A stretch of 64,000 nucleotides of DNA from Candidatus Bathyarchaeota archaeon (GCA_963811105.1 CAWEPZ010000011.1:1152001-1216000); one strand, 5' to 3'; shown: positions 41,651 to 51,788, numbered from the stretch's first letter. The notes: generated from the letters alone by a model not told the origin. Made by a program: numbers and translations.

Positions 41651-42685
41651 TTGGGCGTAGACTTTAAGGATCTCGTTCCGAAAATCCCTGTTAAGTTAGA
41701 GGATTTAGGCGGCAAAATCATAGCCATAGACGCTTACAACGCGATTTATCAGTTCCTCTCCATCATCCGTCAGCCTGATGGCACTCCGCTGAAAGATAGC
41801 ACAGGAAAAATCACGTCTCACCTGAGCGGCTTATTGTACCGCACTAGTAATCTTGTTGAAATGGGGATAAAACCAATCTATGTTTTTGACGGCATTCCTC
41901 CTACCTTGAAAGCGGTTGAGATCGAACGGCGCAGGCAAGTCAAAGTTCAAGCGATAGCAAGCTATGAAAAAGCTGCAGTGCAAGGCGATACAAATAAGAT
42001 GCGGATGTTTGCTCAGGCATCAACCAGCATGAAAGACTATATGCAAGAAGATAGCCGAAATCTATTGGAGCTTATGGGTTTGCCTTGGATTCAAGCGCCA
42101 AGCGAAGGCGAAGCTCAAGCAGCGCATATGACTAAACGGGGTGACTCGGACTATTGTGCTAGCCAAGATTATGACAGCATACTTTTTGGAGCACCCAAAC
42201 TACTCAGAAACGTGACTATTTCAGGCAGGCGTAAGCTTCCCAGCAAAGGCATCTACATTGACGTTGTTCCTGAAGTAATTGAGCTTTCAAAAGCGCTAGA
42301 TCAGACTGGCCTAACTTACGAACAGTTAATCGATGTGGGCATTTTAATCGGCACAGACTTCAATCCAGACGGAATAAAAGGGCTGGGGCCAAAAACCGCT
42401 TTAAAACTCATCAAGCAATACGGCAGTTTGGAGAATGCCCTTCCAAGCATAAAAAACGCTAGTTTTCCTGTTGAACCAAACTGTATTCGAGAAGTTTTTT
42501 TGCATCCTGAAGTTACAAATAAATATAAGCTTGAATGGAAAGAGCCGAACCTTGAAGGCATCATAGACTTCATGTGCAGACAAAAAGAGTTCTCTGAAGA
42601 CAGGGTTAGAAAATCAGTGGAAAAAATGCTTGAAGGCAGCAGAAAACAAAAGGGAAAGATGACACTGGAAAAATGGTTTGGCTAA
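41651..42685 (+). CDS. fen: Flap endonuclease 1
   Basis: AIDAYN, TSHLSGL, APSEGEAQ, SQDYD, GTDFN and a C-terminal PIP-like motif (TLEKWF). Confidence 0.97.
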   Translation: MGVDFKDLVPKIPVKLEDLGGKIIAIDAYNAIYQFLSIIRQPDGTPLKDSTGKITSHLSGLLYRTSNLVEMGIKPIYVFDGIPPTLKAVEIERRRQVKVQAIASYEKAAVQGDTNKMRMFAQASTSMKDYMQEDSRNLLELMGLPWIQAPSEGEAQAAHMTKRGDSDYCASQDYDSILFGAPKLLRNVTISGRRKLPSKGIYIDVVPEVIELSKALDQTGLTYEQLIDVGILIGTDFNPDGIKGLGPKTALKLIKQYGSLENALPSIKNASFPVEPNCIREVFLHPEVTNKYKLEWKEPNLEGIIDFMCRQKEFSEDRVRKSVEKMLEGSRKQKGKMTLEKWFG

Positions 42686-42697
42686 AAAAGAGAAAGG

Positions 42698-44527
42698 TTA
42701 CTTCACAGTAACACACTTTGCCAAGTTCCGTGGCATATCAGGGTCGTACCCCTTCTCAAGCGCAACATAGTACGCCAAGAGTTGTAGGGGCAAAGCAAAA
42801 GGAATCGGCGACAGGACACCCGGAATACCTTTCGGGACCTCTATGTAATCATCAGCCAACGATTTGATGTCCTCGTCTCCTTGCTCGACAATAGCAATTA
42901 TGTGAGCGCCTCTGGCTTTCATCTCCATAATGTTACCTATCAGCGTCTTGTGACAATCGTCTTTGGGACAAACGAAAACTACCGGGAAACCATTTTCAAT
43001 AAGGCTAATTGGGCCATGTTTGCTTTCGCCCGCTGGAAACGCTATTGATGGAATATATGCGATTTCCATCAATTTGAGTCTGCCTTCGTAAGCAGTAGCA
43101 GTGCTTATCCCTCTGCCTAAGAAAAAGAATACTTTAGAATTCTTGTATTTCTTCGCTATTTGCTTAACTTTTTCCTCCTGCGTCTTAACTATTGTTTCAG
43201 CAATATCAGGCAATTTAGCTAAGTTTTCTTCGAGACTGTCCATTTCATCTTGAGAAATTTTGCCTCGCTTTTTCGCTAATTTAAGCGCAAGTTGCGCCAA
43301 AACCGAAAGTTGAGACGTAAAAGTTTTGGTAGCGGCAACTCCAATCTCTGGACCAGCCTGGGTGCCAATATAGACTCGTGAAATACGTGTTAAAGTTGAG
43401 CCGATAACATTAGTTAAGCTTAGAATTGTGGCTGCACGCTGTTGGGCACATGTTACGGCTGCTATTGTGTCGGCTGTTTCGCCTGATTGACTAACCGCTA
43501 AAATGGTGCTGTCTATATTTACTGATTTGCCATGTTGCTCTATGAATTCTGAAGCGTAAACAGGGTACGTAGCCAAGAAAGCAAGTTTAGAAAACATGTA
43601 TGAAGCCGCCAAACAAGCATGATAGCTTGTTCCGCAAGCCACGAGATAAACCTCGTTTGCGCGATCCAAAAAAGTTGTGAGTAAATCCAGATAATGCTCC
43701 TGCATACGCAAAGTATTGCGCAGAGTCTCAGGCTGTTCATGGATCTCTTTGATCATGAAGTGTGGGTAACCGTGTTTAACGGCCATTTCAGCTGTCCACT
43801 CAATAGTAACTGGCTCACGTGTAACCGTGCTTGAATCTTGAAGTCTTATTATTTCATAGCCGTCAGATGAGAGAATAACAAGTTCACCATTATTTATCAT
43901 AACTGCTTTGTTTGTCACAGCTAGAAATGCTGGAATATCTGAAGCGCAAAAAACACCTTTGCCGTTGATACCTAAAACTAGTGGACTTTCATTTCTGGCG
44001 CAGATAACTTTGTTTGGTTCTTTTGTAGAGATTATAGCAAGGGCATAGGAACCTTCGAGTCTTTTGAGGCTTGCTTTAACTGCATCAACAAAAGAGAGTT
44101 TCGGGTTCTCCTTTAGCGTTTGCTCAATCAGATGCGGGATTACTTCGGTGTCTGTTTTAGAAACAAACGTATGATCCAGATTTTGCAGTTCACTTTTCAG
44201 CTCCATAAAATTTTCAATAATTCCGTTGTGAACAACCATTATTTCACCCGTGCAATCCGAATGCGGATGAGAGTTAACCCTTAATGGGGCACCATGTGTT
44301 GCCCAACGAGTATGACCAATTCCTATACTGCCTGGCAAATCATCAAGATTCAAAATTTTGTTAACTTCATCGATTTTACCCTGATCTTTTTTGAGAAAAA
44401 TTTTGCCATCTGACAGTGTTGCTATCCCCACTGAATCGTAGCCTCTGTATTCAAGACGTTTAAGTGATGACCGAATTAGGGGCGCAGCATTTCCTTCATT
44501 TAAAACACAACCAAAGATTCCGCACAT
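42698..44527 (-). CDS. glmS: Glutamine--fructose-6-phosphate aminotransferase
   Basis: MCGIFG, EYRGYDS, GHTRWATHG, SQSGETADT, PRNLAKCVTV. Confidence 0.98.
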   Translation of the reverse strand: MCGIFGCVLNEGNAAPLIRSSLKRLEYRGYDSVGIATLSDGKIFLKKDQGKIDEVNKILNLDDLPGSIGIGHTRWATHGAPLRVNSHPHSDCTGEIMVVHNGIIENFMELKSELQNLDHTFVSKTDTEVIPHLIEQTLKENPKLSFVDAVKASLKRLEGSYALAIISTKEPNKVICARNESPLVLGINGKGVFCASDIPAFLAVTNKAVMINNGELVILSSDGYEIIRLQDSSTVTREPVTIEWTAEMAVKHGYPHFMIKEIHEQPETLRNTLRMQEHYLDLLTTFLDRANEVYLVACGTSYHACLAASYMFSKLAFLATYPVYASEFIEQHGKSVNIDSTILAVSQSGETADTIAAVTCAQQRAATILSLTNVIGSTLTRISRVYIGTQAGPEIGVAATKTFTSQLSVLAQLALKLAKKRGKISQDEMDSLEENLAKLPDIAETIVKTQEEKVKQIAKKYKNSKVFFFLGRGISTATAYEGRLKLMEIAYIPSIAFPAGESKHGPISLIENGFPVVFVCPKDDCHKTLIGNIMEMKARGAHIIAIVEQGDEDIKSLADDYIEVPKGIPGVLSPIPFALPLQLLAYYVALEKGYDPDMPRNLAKCVTVK

Positions 44528-44600
44528 TTTTGTAGTCTCGCATTGTTAATGTATGCTATGGAAGATTGCGTTTTGTTAATAAGGATTTTTAGAATAAAGT

Positions 44601-44717
44601 TTTGACCACTAAAAATTTTCTTTTAGCAGTTTTCGCTGGTTCCTTGGAACAAGACTAACTTGTGAAGCAAGTATTGCCTAAAATCTTTGAACCACTAACA
44701 AATTTTTTATAGCACTT
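44601..44717. promoter_or_regulatory. Two ~31-bp imperfect direct repeats, each with a CTA-N12-TAG dyad, between glmS and the divergent regulator
   Basis: TTTGACCACTAAAAATTTTCTTTTAGCAGTT (from 44601) vs TTTGAACCACTAACAAATTTTTTATAGCACTT (from 44686). Confidence 0.6.
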
Positions 44718-44742
44718 CAAGCTTTAACCCTCGTGACTACCT

Positions 44743-45705
44743 ATGGACAAGAAAATGCTGCTACAAGATAGCGACAATATTCAGGAAGTGAAAGAAATCA
44801 GCATAATCGACGACTCACAAAAACTAAAAATGATACTTGGTAGCTTGACTTGGAAAATCCTGACACTCTTATCAAAAAAGGAAATGTACCCCATGGAAAT
44901 CGCAAAGCAGTTAGGTATGCAGGAACAAAAAGTCTATTACCACATCAGAAAACTCGCCAAAGTAGGAGCCATAGTAGTAACTCGAGAAGAAAAAAAGAAA
45001 GGGGCAACAGCAAAATACTATAAAACCGTGTCACCCGCCTTCGGAATAGAGTTTCCTTATGGCTACAAATCCATCCAGAGCCTTTGTCTTTTGGGAATTG
45101 ATAAGCAACTTCAAGGGTTTTTTAAAGAATTTATTAAAGAAGGCACCTTTGATGGAAAAATAGTTGTAGGCAGCCCCCAGCCGCATGGACCGTTCAAAAC
45201 CAGCGCTCGAGATGGGCACTATGCAGCTCATTTGGCACTTTTCCTTGGGCAATTTGCTAAAATGCCTACTGAATTTGCCGTGAAACTTGACGTTGATGTA
45301 AAGGTAGAGAAAGAGGAAAAAAACAATTTAATCCTTGTTGGTGGTCCGGGAACTAACCTTCTTACTCAGGAAATTAATTATTATCTACCCATCAAATTTA
45401 TCATGCAATCATCCGAGCAAGGATTCTTGCTAGGTGGCTTATCATCTCAAAAAACCTCACAAGTGTACACTTCAGACGTTTCAGGGGTGATAGCTAAAAT
45501 AGTGAATCCTTGGGACAAAACCAAACGCATTGTAGTTTTAGCAGGAAACAAAGCAGTAGGAACAAAAGCATGTGTCTTAGCGTTGACTAATTTTTGGAGG
45601 AAAACATTGGAAAAATACAGGGGCGAAGACACGTTTGCAGTTGTGATTCACGGGTTTGATTTGGATGGGGATGGAAAAGTAGATTCTATTGAGGTTAACG
45701 AATAA
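44743..45705 (+). CDS. ArsR-like HTH regulator fused to an uncharacterised C-terminal alpha/beta domain
   Basis: MYPMEIAKQL..QKVYYHIRKL HTH; NLILVGGPGTN and VLAG motifs; terminal DLDGDGKVD. Confidence 0.75.
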   Translation: MDKKMLLQDSDNIQEVKEISIIDDSQKLKMILGSLTWKILTLLSKKEMYPMEIAKQLGMQEQKVYYHIRKLAKVGAIVVTREEKKKGATAKYYKTVSPAFGIEFPYGYKSIQSLCLLGIDKQLQGFFKEFIKEGTFDGKIVVGSPQPHGPFKTSARDGHYAAHLALFLGQFAKMPTEFAVKLDVDVKVEKEEKNNLILVGGPGTNLLTQEINYYLPIKFIMQSSEQGFLLGGLSSQKTSQVYTSDVSGVIAKIVNPWDKTKRIVVLAGNKAVGTKACVLALTNFWRKTLEKYRGEDTFAVVIHGFDLDGDGKVDSIEVNE

Positions 45706-46137
45706 TTGAACCAAGAGTTAAGAGAAGTTATCGTTGCATTTGGGCATGAAAATATTCACGCCGTCCACCCCTCAACCCTAATGTTCACAAAAGAAAAACA
45801 TCTCTCCAAAACTGGGGACTGTATCATCGCTGTTGCAGCAGATAAATCAGCAGGAGAATTAAGCCAGGCATTCAAATATAAGCTCAATAAACCAAACGCT
45901 AAACTAACCATCATCATTGAGGCGGATGGTATATTTGAGAAAATCAATGCTTATGGTTCTCCTAAACTGATCTTAACTCACCCAACTGACATAGTGATTA
46001 GAAAAAGCGATTACATATCAGACCGAACCTTGGCAGTCCACGCTGACAAATCTTCAAACGATTTGTCAAGAGAACTTTTGGAAAAGCTGAAAAATCCAAA
46101 ACAGAAAATTACAATTACACTCATCATAAATGGCTAA
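45706..46137 (+). CDS. DUF371 family protein
   Basis: GHENIHAVHPSTLMFTKE...GDCII...IVIRKSDY. Confidence 0.88.
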   Translation: MNQELREVIVAFGHENIHAVHPSTLMFTKEKHLSKTGDCIIAVAADKSAGELSQAFKYKLNKPNAKLTIIIEADGIFEKINAYGSPKLILTHPTDIVIRKSDYISDRTLAVHADKSSNDLSRELLEKLKNPKQKITITLIING

Positions 46138-47204
46138 GCGATTTTGGCATCTAAAACAACCTGCGACTCAAACGGTGCAGTCTCCCTAATGCTTCTCGCA
46201 TAAAGAAATAGTTCTACTTTCCGCCCGGTTTCCTCTACTGCTTGGCAAAACCGCTGTTTTTGGTTTTCTATGGAGTCGGGGGAACGTATGAAAGCGTAAA
46301 AATGGATTATTCCTCCTTTAGGCTTGATGGTTTTGCAAGCGGCGTCAACGAATTCAATAGCTGTTTCGGGCAAATTCATTATGACACGATCAGCTATGCC
46401 CTTTAGTTTTACTGAGGCTATTTCCCTTGCATCTGCAAGAATTGGGAAAACGCGGTTTTCAACCCGGTTAACCCGAGTGTTTACATTAAGCAAATCAATG
46501 GCTTTTGGATTAATGTCGACAGCGTAAACTTCTACAGTTGGATTTTTTTTGGCGATTAAGATTGAAAAGGGACCGACGCCTGAAAACAGGTCTACCACAT
46601 CTTCGCCCGGTTGCACAAGCGACGCCACCCTTTCATGCTCATGCGAAAGGCGTGGAGAAAAATAGGCTTTAGCTAAATCAACATGGAGCTGACAGCCATA
46701 TTCCCTGTGGATTGTTTGGGTTTTTTGTTCTCCAGCGATAAAATTGAAGTTGCGGATTCGGTAGGTGCCACTTATTGCTCCTTCTTTGGCAAGCACGGTT
46801 TTGAGGTTTCGATGAGTTTTTAGAATTGCTTCTCCAATGAGGTTTTCATAGGGTTCCAGGTCAGTAGGAACTTCGATGACAGCTATATCCCCTATAGTAT
46901 CTAATGCTTGAGGCAAAATATTCAGCAAATCAGAAGGCAAGTTGTCCTTAAGCACTTGGCTAAGTGATTCTGCAGCCACATTTTTTTCCTCAAAAGCTTT
47001 GGTTCTCAACTGGGAATCTGGAACTTCTGCTTTCAACATTGCAAACTTGTTGGCGTCCGGTTGCTTTACTAAGGGAATGTAAAGGCTGCTTTCATCCCTC
47101 TCAATTTCCAGAGATTTATCGAAAAGACCCAGCTTGTTAGCCAATGTTAAGGTTTTTTGTCCTTGTTTTTTTTGGACTTTTATGCAGAGGGTTGTCTTAG
47201 GCAT
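46134..47204 (-). CDS. trm5: Trm5-family tRNA (guanine-37) methyltransferase
   Basis: IGDIAV, YFSPRL, DLFSGVGPF, DINP, IMNLP. Confidence 0.88.
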   Translation of the reverse strand: MPKTTLCIKVQKKQGQKTLTLANKLGLFDKSLEIERDESSLYIPLVKQPDANKFAMLKAEVPDSQLRTKAFEEKNVAAESLSQVLKDNLPSDLLNILPQALDTIGDIAVIEVPTDLEPYENLIGEAILKTHRNLKTVLAKEGAISGTYRIRNFNFIAGEQKTQTIHREYGCQLHVDLAKAYFSPRLSHEHERVASLVQPGEDVVDLFSGVGPFSILIAKKNPTVEVYAVDINPKAIDLLNVNTRVNRVENRVFPILADAREIASVKLKGIADRVIMNLPETAIEFVDAACKTIKPKGGIIHFYAFIRSPDSIENQKQRFCQAVEETGRKVELFLYARSIRETAPFESQVVLDAKIA

Positions 47205-48246
47205 GGAAATCAGCCGTTTTTTCTATTCGATAGAGACTATCTTCTTTTTTAATGGTGAATTGGACCTTTAACATTTTTTCCATTAACCAAATGTTTGATT
47301 CAATATGCTCACTTATTGCAGTGGCTAAGAAAGCTGATTTGCCCTTTGCCAATGCCATGTAGGGAATAAGCATATCTGCCAAGTGAATATCAACTGTTGG
47401 CTTAAACGATAATTCCTTGACGAGTTCTTGGGCGGCTTCTTCCCCAACGGCTTCACTCATTTTACGCAGCTCGCCTATTGCATCAGAACCTATGATGACG
47501 TTTGCGTTTGTTTCAGCCCACAGAACAATGGAGCTACCTTTTTGATACGGGTTCGACTTGTCATTTACGATTTGAACGACGGCGTTGAAGCCGTTTTTAG
47601 AAAGGTAATCTTGAGCTGCTTTCGCTTGCCGCTCTGCCACATGCCTATCCGCTAAAAAAGTGCAAACGGAAACCCCTTCTATCACCTTTAATGTGCCAAA
47701 GTTCTCAAGAAAGAGTGGTTTTAGATTGACGTTAGGGTTAACAGTCATTGTTACTTCGCCCATACCTTTGGGATAGTAACCATATCTTTTTACACTTATG
47801 GAGGCGTCAACTCCCATTTGTTTTAGCACTTGCAAAAATACGTTTCGAAGGTAGTTGATGGTTGGTGCATGAGTTGTGTCTGTTCCTCCTTTTGCCACAT
47901 GCAAAGACACAGGATTACTAGCGAACAAGCAAACGGGCAGTGTTGCCAAAAGGAGCATGGGGATACTTCCAGCGGTTTGAATTTCTGCTTCGATATTGCC
48001 CCCTTTTATTTGCTGGGGTGTAAACCAGAGCTCGCTTGAACCTAAGGCAGCACCTTGCAATTTGGCGTCACACAGTTTGGCGGCCGTAAGCACGGCTTCT
48101 AGATGCTGGTGCTTTAAACCTGGTTGCGGGCGGTTTTGTCTTATATTAAAAATGTGCAGTGACTGTTTAGTTATGGCTGCCATGGCTATAGAGAGGCGAA
48201 GAATTGTGCCGCTGCCGCTTTTTTGACTTCCATCAATTTCAATCAT
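47197..48246 (-). CDS. rtcA: RNA 3'-terminal phosphate cyclase
   Basis: IEIDGS, RPQPGL, AGSI, GGTD, GYYPKG, DIHLADML. Confidence 0.93.
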   Translation of the reverse strand: MIEIDGSQKSGSGTILRLSIAMAAITKQSLHIFNIRQNRPQPGLKHQHLEAVLTAAKLCDAKLQGAALGSSELWFTPQQIKGGNIEAEIQTAGSIPMLLLATLPVCLFASNPVSLHVAKGGTDTTHAPTINYLRNVFLQVLKQMGVDASISVKRYGYYPKGMGEVTMTVNPNVNLKPLFLENFGTLKVIEGVSVCTFLADRHVAERQAKAAQDYLSKNGFNAVVQIVNDKSNPYQKGSSIVLWAETNANVIIGSDAIGELRKMSEAVGEEAAQELVKELSFKPTVDIHLADMLIPYMALAKGKSAFLATAISEHIESNIWLMEKMLKVQFTIKKEDSLYRIEKTADFHA

Positions 48247-48336
48247 ACCTTTCCGTCCGAGTTTGGGTTTTGGAGGGATTTATGAAATAATTAATAAGCG
48301 TGTTGGGTTATTTAGGAGTTTGATGGAGCGTTCGGG

Positions 48337-48744
48337 ATGAGTACTGACAAAGAAAAGTTGAATCAGTTGTTAACAAAGGTTGACGACCTTGTTGTAACCT
48401 TAAATAAAGTTTCTGAAGAGCTACGTTCTGTTTCTGCTTCCATGAAGTCTTTGGCAGTAGGTCAAATTACTCAGCCCCCAACCGCCTTCCAAGCGCAAGC
48501 AACCCAGTCACGAGAGGTTGGCTCTAAGCAGAGGTCGCTTGATGACATTCGCATGTCATTCCCAGAAGAATTGGAAGCCAGATTAAGTTTTGAAGAAAAA
48601 GATGATTACATAATCATTAAACCTAAGCAATTTTTGGGTTCAGAAAACTTTGCCAAAATAGCATCTGCAGTCCGGGGGATGAGTGGGGAATACATAAGCG
48701 CAGGCAAAGATTCTCACTTCAGGGTACCTAAGAAAAAAGCATAG
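48337..48744 (+). CDS. Hypothetical protein (N-terminal coiled coil, small C-terminal globular domain)
   Basis: 135-aa ORF with GGAG SD; ordinary protein composition. Confidence 0.7.
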   Translation: MSTDKEKLNQLLTKVDDLVVTLNKVSEELRSVSASMKSLAVGQITQPPTAFQAQATQSREVGSKQRSLDDIRMSFPEELEARLSFEEKDDYIIIKPKQFLGSENFAKIASAVRGMSGEYISAGKDSHFRVPKKKA

Positions 48745-48748
48745 CTCA

Positions 48749-49024
48749 TTATTTCGCTTCAAAATCGCTAAATTCGCCAAGATAATTCTCCCATGCAACA
48801 TCTATGCCCGTTACTTTGGCAGAAGAAGGGCCGTGACGGCAATATTCTACAAGCTTTTTAACTGCTTTATCTTCACCTTCAAAAACAGCTTCCACTCTGC
48901 CATCAGATAAATTGCGAATCAAACCGTTAACACCAAAACTTTCAGCTTGCTGTTTGGTTTTTTGCCTAAAAAAGACACCTTGAACTCTACCGTTTATAAA
49001 TACGTGAGCTCTAGCTTTAACCAT
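48749..49024 (-). CDS. acyP: Acylphosphatase
   Basis: GRVQGVFFR, RNLSDGRVE, GPSSAKV. Confidence 0.95.
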   Translation of the reverse strand: MVKARAHVFINGRVQGVFFRQKTKQQAESFGVNGLIRNLSDGRVEAVFEGEDKAVKKLVEYCRHGPSSAKVTGIDVAWENYLGEFSDFEAK

Positions 49025-49099
49025 TGTCTCTCTCAAGCTAACTTAAGTGGTCAAACTAAAAAATCTAATTTTACTGAAAAAAAAAGAAAAATGTTTTTC

Positions 49100-49558
49100 T
49101 TAATCCCAAACGCTGATTCTTTCTCCAACAGTGTACAGGAAAAGGCTTGCTGAAGGTGGCCCTAACCACTTGAATTTATTGACTAAGTCTGAAACCACTT
49201 TTGCGTAGTTGTTCGAATGATCCAAGCTGTCCAAGTATTTCTGGAATGATCCGTATTGTTTCTCTATCATTTTGAAGTTTTGCGCATTTTGTATGATTGC
49301 TAAAATTTTTCCTTTATTTCTGATAATTTCGGCGTCGTTCATTAGCCTTTCAACGTCAACGTTGGTGAAACATACAATTTTGTTGACGTTAAAATTCGCA
49401 AATGCTTTCTTTATCGCTAACCATTTATTATCGATGACACGCCAGTTTAATCCCGCTTGAAAAATCACTCGACACATATTCTCAAAGTAACCTTCATCAT
49501 TGTTAGGTCTCTTTTCTCGGTACCACCATTCGGGCATTTGCCAGTGTTCGTCTTGCAT
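49100..49558 (-). CDS. DNA-3-methyladenine glycosylase I-like protein (short form)
   Basis: FQAGLNW, IIRNKGKI and FKWLGP motifs; lacks the N-terminal Zn-binding segment of E. coli Tag. Confidence 0.8.
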   Translation of the reverse strand: MQDEHWQMPEWWYREKRPNNDEGYFENMCRVIFQAGLNWRVIDNKWLAIKKAFANFNVNKIVCFTNVDVERLMNDAEIIRNKGKILAIIQNAQNFKMIEKQYGSFQKYLDSLDHSNNYAKVVSDLVNKFKWLGPPSASLFLYTVGERISVWD

Positions 49559-49576
49559 TCAAACCAGTCCTGATAA

Positions 49577-50002
49577 TTACTTCCATTCCCAAATTGTAAC
49601 GTTTAACTCCATCCACATTGGGTCTAGCGCTTCAAAAGTGACAACAGCAATCGTTTCATTTAGCCAACCTATTTTCTCTGACATCGTCATAAAGGTCCAC
49701 AACGCCACACTTGTTGGGTTCTTACCCATTACCATCTTCATCAGGCTATATCCTTTCACAACGCCCATATCCCCAGTCATCGTCATAAGCATTCCTTGAT
49801 CTTTCGATGTTGCAATGCCTTTAGGAGGAGTCATACTCATACCAGTCACATTGAGGTTGCAGTCAACACCTTTCGCTTTTCCCATTCCTTTCATTTGAGC
49901 CGTCCACGTATACATTGAAGTAACTCCTTCCATTCCGACTGATTTTATGAAACTTGCTCCACTTTTGCCCTTGCCTTCCCAAAGTTTTTCGCCAATCGCC
50001 AT
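49577..50002 (-). CDS. Hypothetical Gly/Met-rich beta protein
   Basis: 141-aa ORF with strong GAGGTGA SD. Confidence 0.7.
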   Translation of the reverse strand: MAIGEKLWEGKGKSGASFIKSVGMEGVTSMYTWTAQMKGMGKAKGVDCNLNVTGMSMTPPKGIATSKDQGMLMTMTGDMGVVKGYSLMKMVMGKNPTSVALWTFMTMSEKIGWLNETIAVVTFEALDPMWMELNVTIWEWK

Positions 50003-50187
50003 TTTTTTTTCACCTCACAATAAGATTTGATTTTTTCTTAAGGATTTAAGCAGTTGTGGTTGCCCTTACGCAACAACAATCTTTGGTTTTTACATTCACT
50101 TTCAGTCATCCCTCCCCTGTTCGAAAAGGTCGTTTCTGAGCTTGTTTTAAAAGCGTTATTGGCAGAGTAACCATTTGCTGGTATGTT

Positions 50188-50526
50188 ATGTTTAAGTCGA
50201 ATTATGGGAAACTGATGGTTTACGCATCAACTGGAGTTCCACATAGGAAACGGTTGGATTCAGTTAGAACTGCCACGCAGGAAACGGCTAAACGGTTAAA
50301 ATTGGATTTTGAAATGGTGAAGCTGGACAGGGCTGGCTCGCCAATTTATGTTTACTATGAAGAAAGCTGCGATGAAGAACCTATTCCGCTTTATTGCGAT
50401 GAAGGTAAAATGTCAAATTTAGAACAGATATGTTCTGCGTTGAGAAGTATGATGTTTGTTTTGTCGTTCCATCCTAAACATTCAGCTTTGAGACAAATGA
50501 GAAAAGAAATTCTCAGACTTTCCTGA
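50188..50526 (+). CDS. Hypothetical protein
   Basis: 112-aa ORF converging on and overlapping the arcadin-1 gene. Confidence 0.65.
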   Translation: MFKSNYGKLMVYASTGVPHRKRLDSVRTATQETAKRLKLDFEMVKLDRAGSPIYVYYEESCDEEPIPLYCDEGKMSNLEQICSALRSMMFVLSFHPKHSALRQMRKEILRLS

Positions 50527-50845
50527 AACGGATTGCTTGGTTTTCCAGTGTTACTTCGTAAACTTGGTTTACGTCAAAATTTATGCCAAAACTGTCGTAT
50601 TCTTGCTCTGTTAAGAACAGTATTATTTTTGGTGTTGCCATTTGAGTTTTTTGCGGTAGGAAAGGCATTTGCTGCTGCAATGCTTGCATTATGTCTTGTG
50701 CCATTTTGGCTTCGTCCGATTGTGGTCTCACGATGTATGGGTTGACTTCTCGCTCTTCAAGCAATTCAATTCTTTTTCCAAGGTTACCGTCTAAATCTCG
50801 GGTTGACTCAATTTTGTTTACTCTAACGCGGAACATCAGATTCAC
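50513..50845 (-). CDS. Arcadin-1-like protein
   Basis: D..G...KRIELLEE...Q.DEA...PKIILFLTEQEY...VNQVYEVTLEN pattern as in Pyrobaculum arcadin-1. Confidence 0.75.
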   Translation of the reverse strand: MNLMFRVRVNKIESTRDLDGNLGKRIELLEEREVNPYIVRPQSDEAKMAQDIMQALQQQMPFLPQKTQMATPKIILFLTEQEYDSFGINFDVNQVYEVTLENQAIRFRKV

Positions 50846-51116
50846 TTCTTAATTAGGAAATACATATGTCAGACATTTAATTCTTTACACTATAATTTCT
50901 TACAGTTTCCTCAATCAAGGTATCCTACAACTAAGAAAACCTTGGAGACCGAGAAACCTGGAAACTTTCTCTTTAGAATTAATATTTGGAATTTCAGTAG
51001 AATTTTTGAATCTTACTTGATTTATCGTTGCCACACACCAAAGAACTTTTTTTATTAAGTAAAAAGTTGCATCTATCGATGCCAATAACAGTTTCTCAAT
51101 GTTCCTATATTAACGC

Positions 51117-51695
51117 TTAAGAAAACTCGCTGGTCGCCTGTTTCTTGATTTCTTTAATTCTCTCATCTATTTCTTTTAGCTGGTCCTTCATCATTTTGAC
51201 CGTTTCATAGGCATGTTTTCGATCGTGTTCCAGTTGTTTGAGGTTTTCTTCGCTGCTTGTTTTCTCTTCAAGAAAAGGGGTAAAGAGAGAAGGCATCTTC
51301 GGCATAGACGAGTCATTTTCGATGTTGAGAACGTCTCGGGCGAATTCTCGGAAAAGGTTGCCTATGTTATTTGAGATTTCGGCTTGTTTAATGATGGCTC
51401 GTCGGAGAATGAGTTCTCCTGATTCGGTTATTTTGTATACTTTGAGTTTGCGGTTTTTCTGAACTTGCCATTCCCCTTGGATATATCCACATTTTTCTAA
51501 GTCCCGCAAGATGGGGTAAACGCCTCCTGCAGTGGGTTTCCAGAAACCCTTGGTTCGGCTTTTGATTTCTTTCATGATCTCATAGCCATGTGAAGGTTTC
51601 TTGTTGAGAAGGATAAGAATTCCCATACGTATGTAGCCTTTTTGGGCTTCTTTGAGCCAACTTGATGTTGTCTTTTCTTCTTTTTCTGCTGCCAT
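51117..51695 (-). CDS. PadR-family transcriptional regulator
   Basis: HGYEIM...W.P.AGGVYP.L..LE...YKITESG. Confidence 0.92.
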   Translation of the reverse strand: MAAEKEEKTTSSWLKEAQKGYIRMGILILLNKKPSHGYEIMKEIKSRTKGFWKPTAGGVYPILRDLEKCGYIQGEWQVQKNRKLKVYKITESGELILRRAIIKQAEISNNIGNLFREFARDVLNIENDSSMPKMPSLFTPFLEEKTSSEENLKQLEHDRKHAYETVKMMKDQLKEIDERIKEIKKQATSEFS

Positions 51696-51736
51696 CGTGC
51701 TTCAAATCTATAATTGCATATAGGGAATACTTATAT

Positions 51737-51760
51737 TTTACCGCAATATATTGCAGTAAA
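51737..51760. promoter_or_regulatory. 24-bp near-perfect palindrome, probable PadR operator
   Basis: TTTACCGCAATA|TATTGCAGTAAA (one mismatch) between divergent padR and ABC genes. Confidence 0.7.
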
Positions 51761-51788
51761 TACTATTGCAAAATCAAAGTGGTTCAGA

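Noticed and set aside
51751-51759. TTGCAGTAA shared between the PadR operator and the island repeat (also near 63672)
   Set aside because: A 9-bp partial match is expected by chance and is explained by other features.
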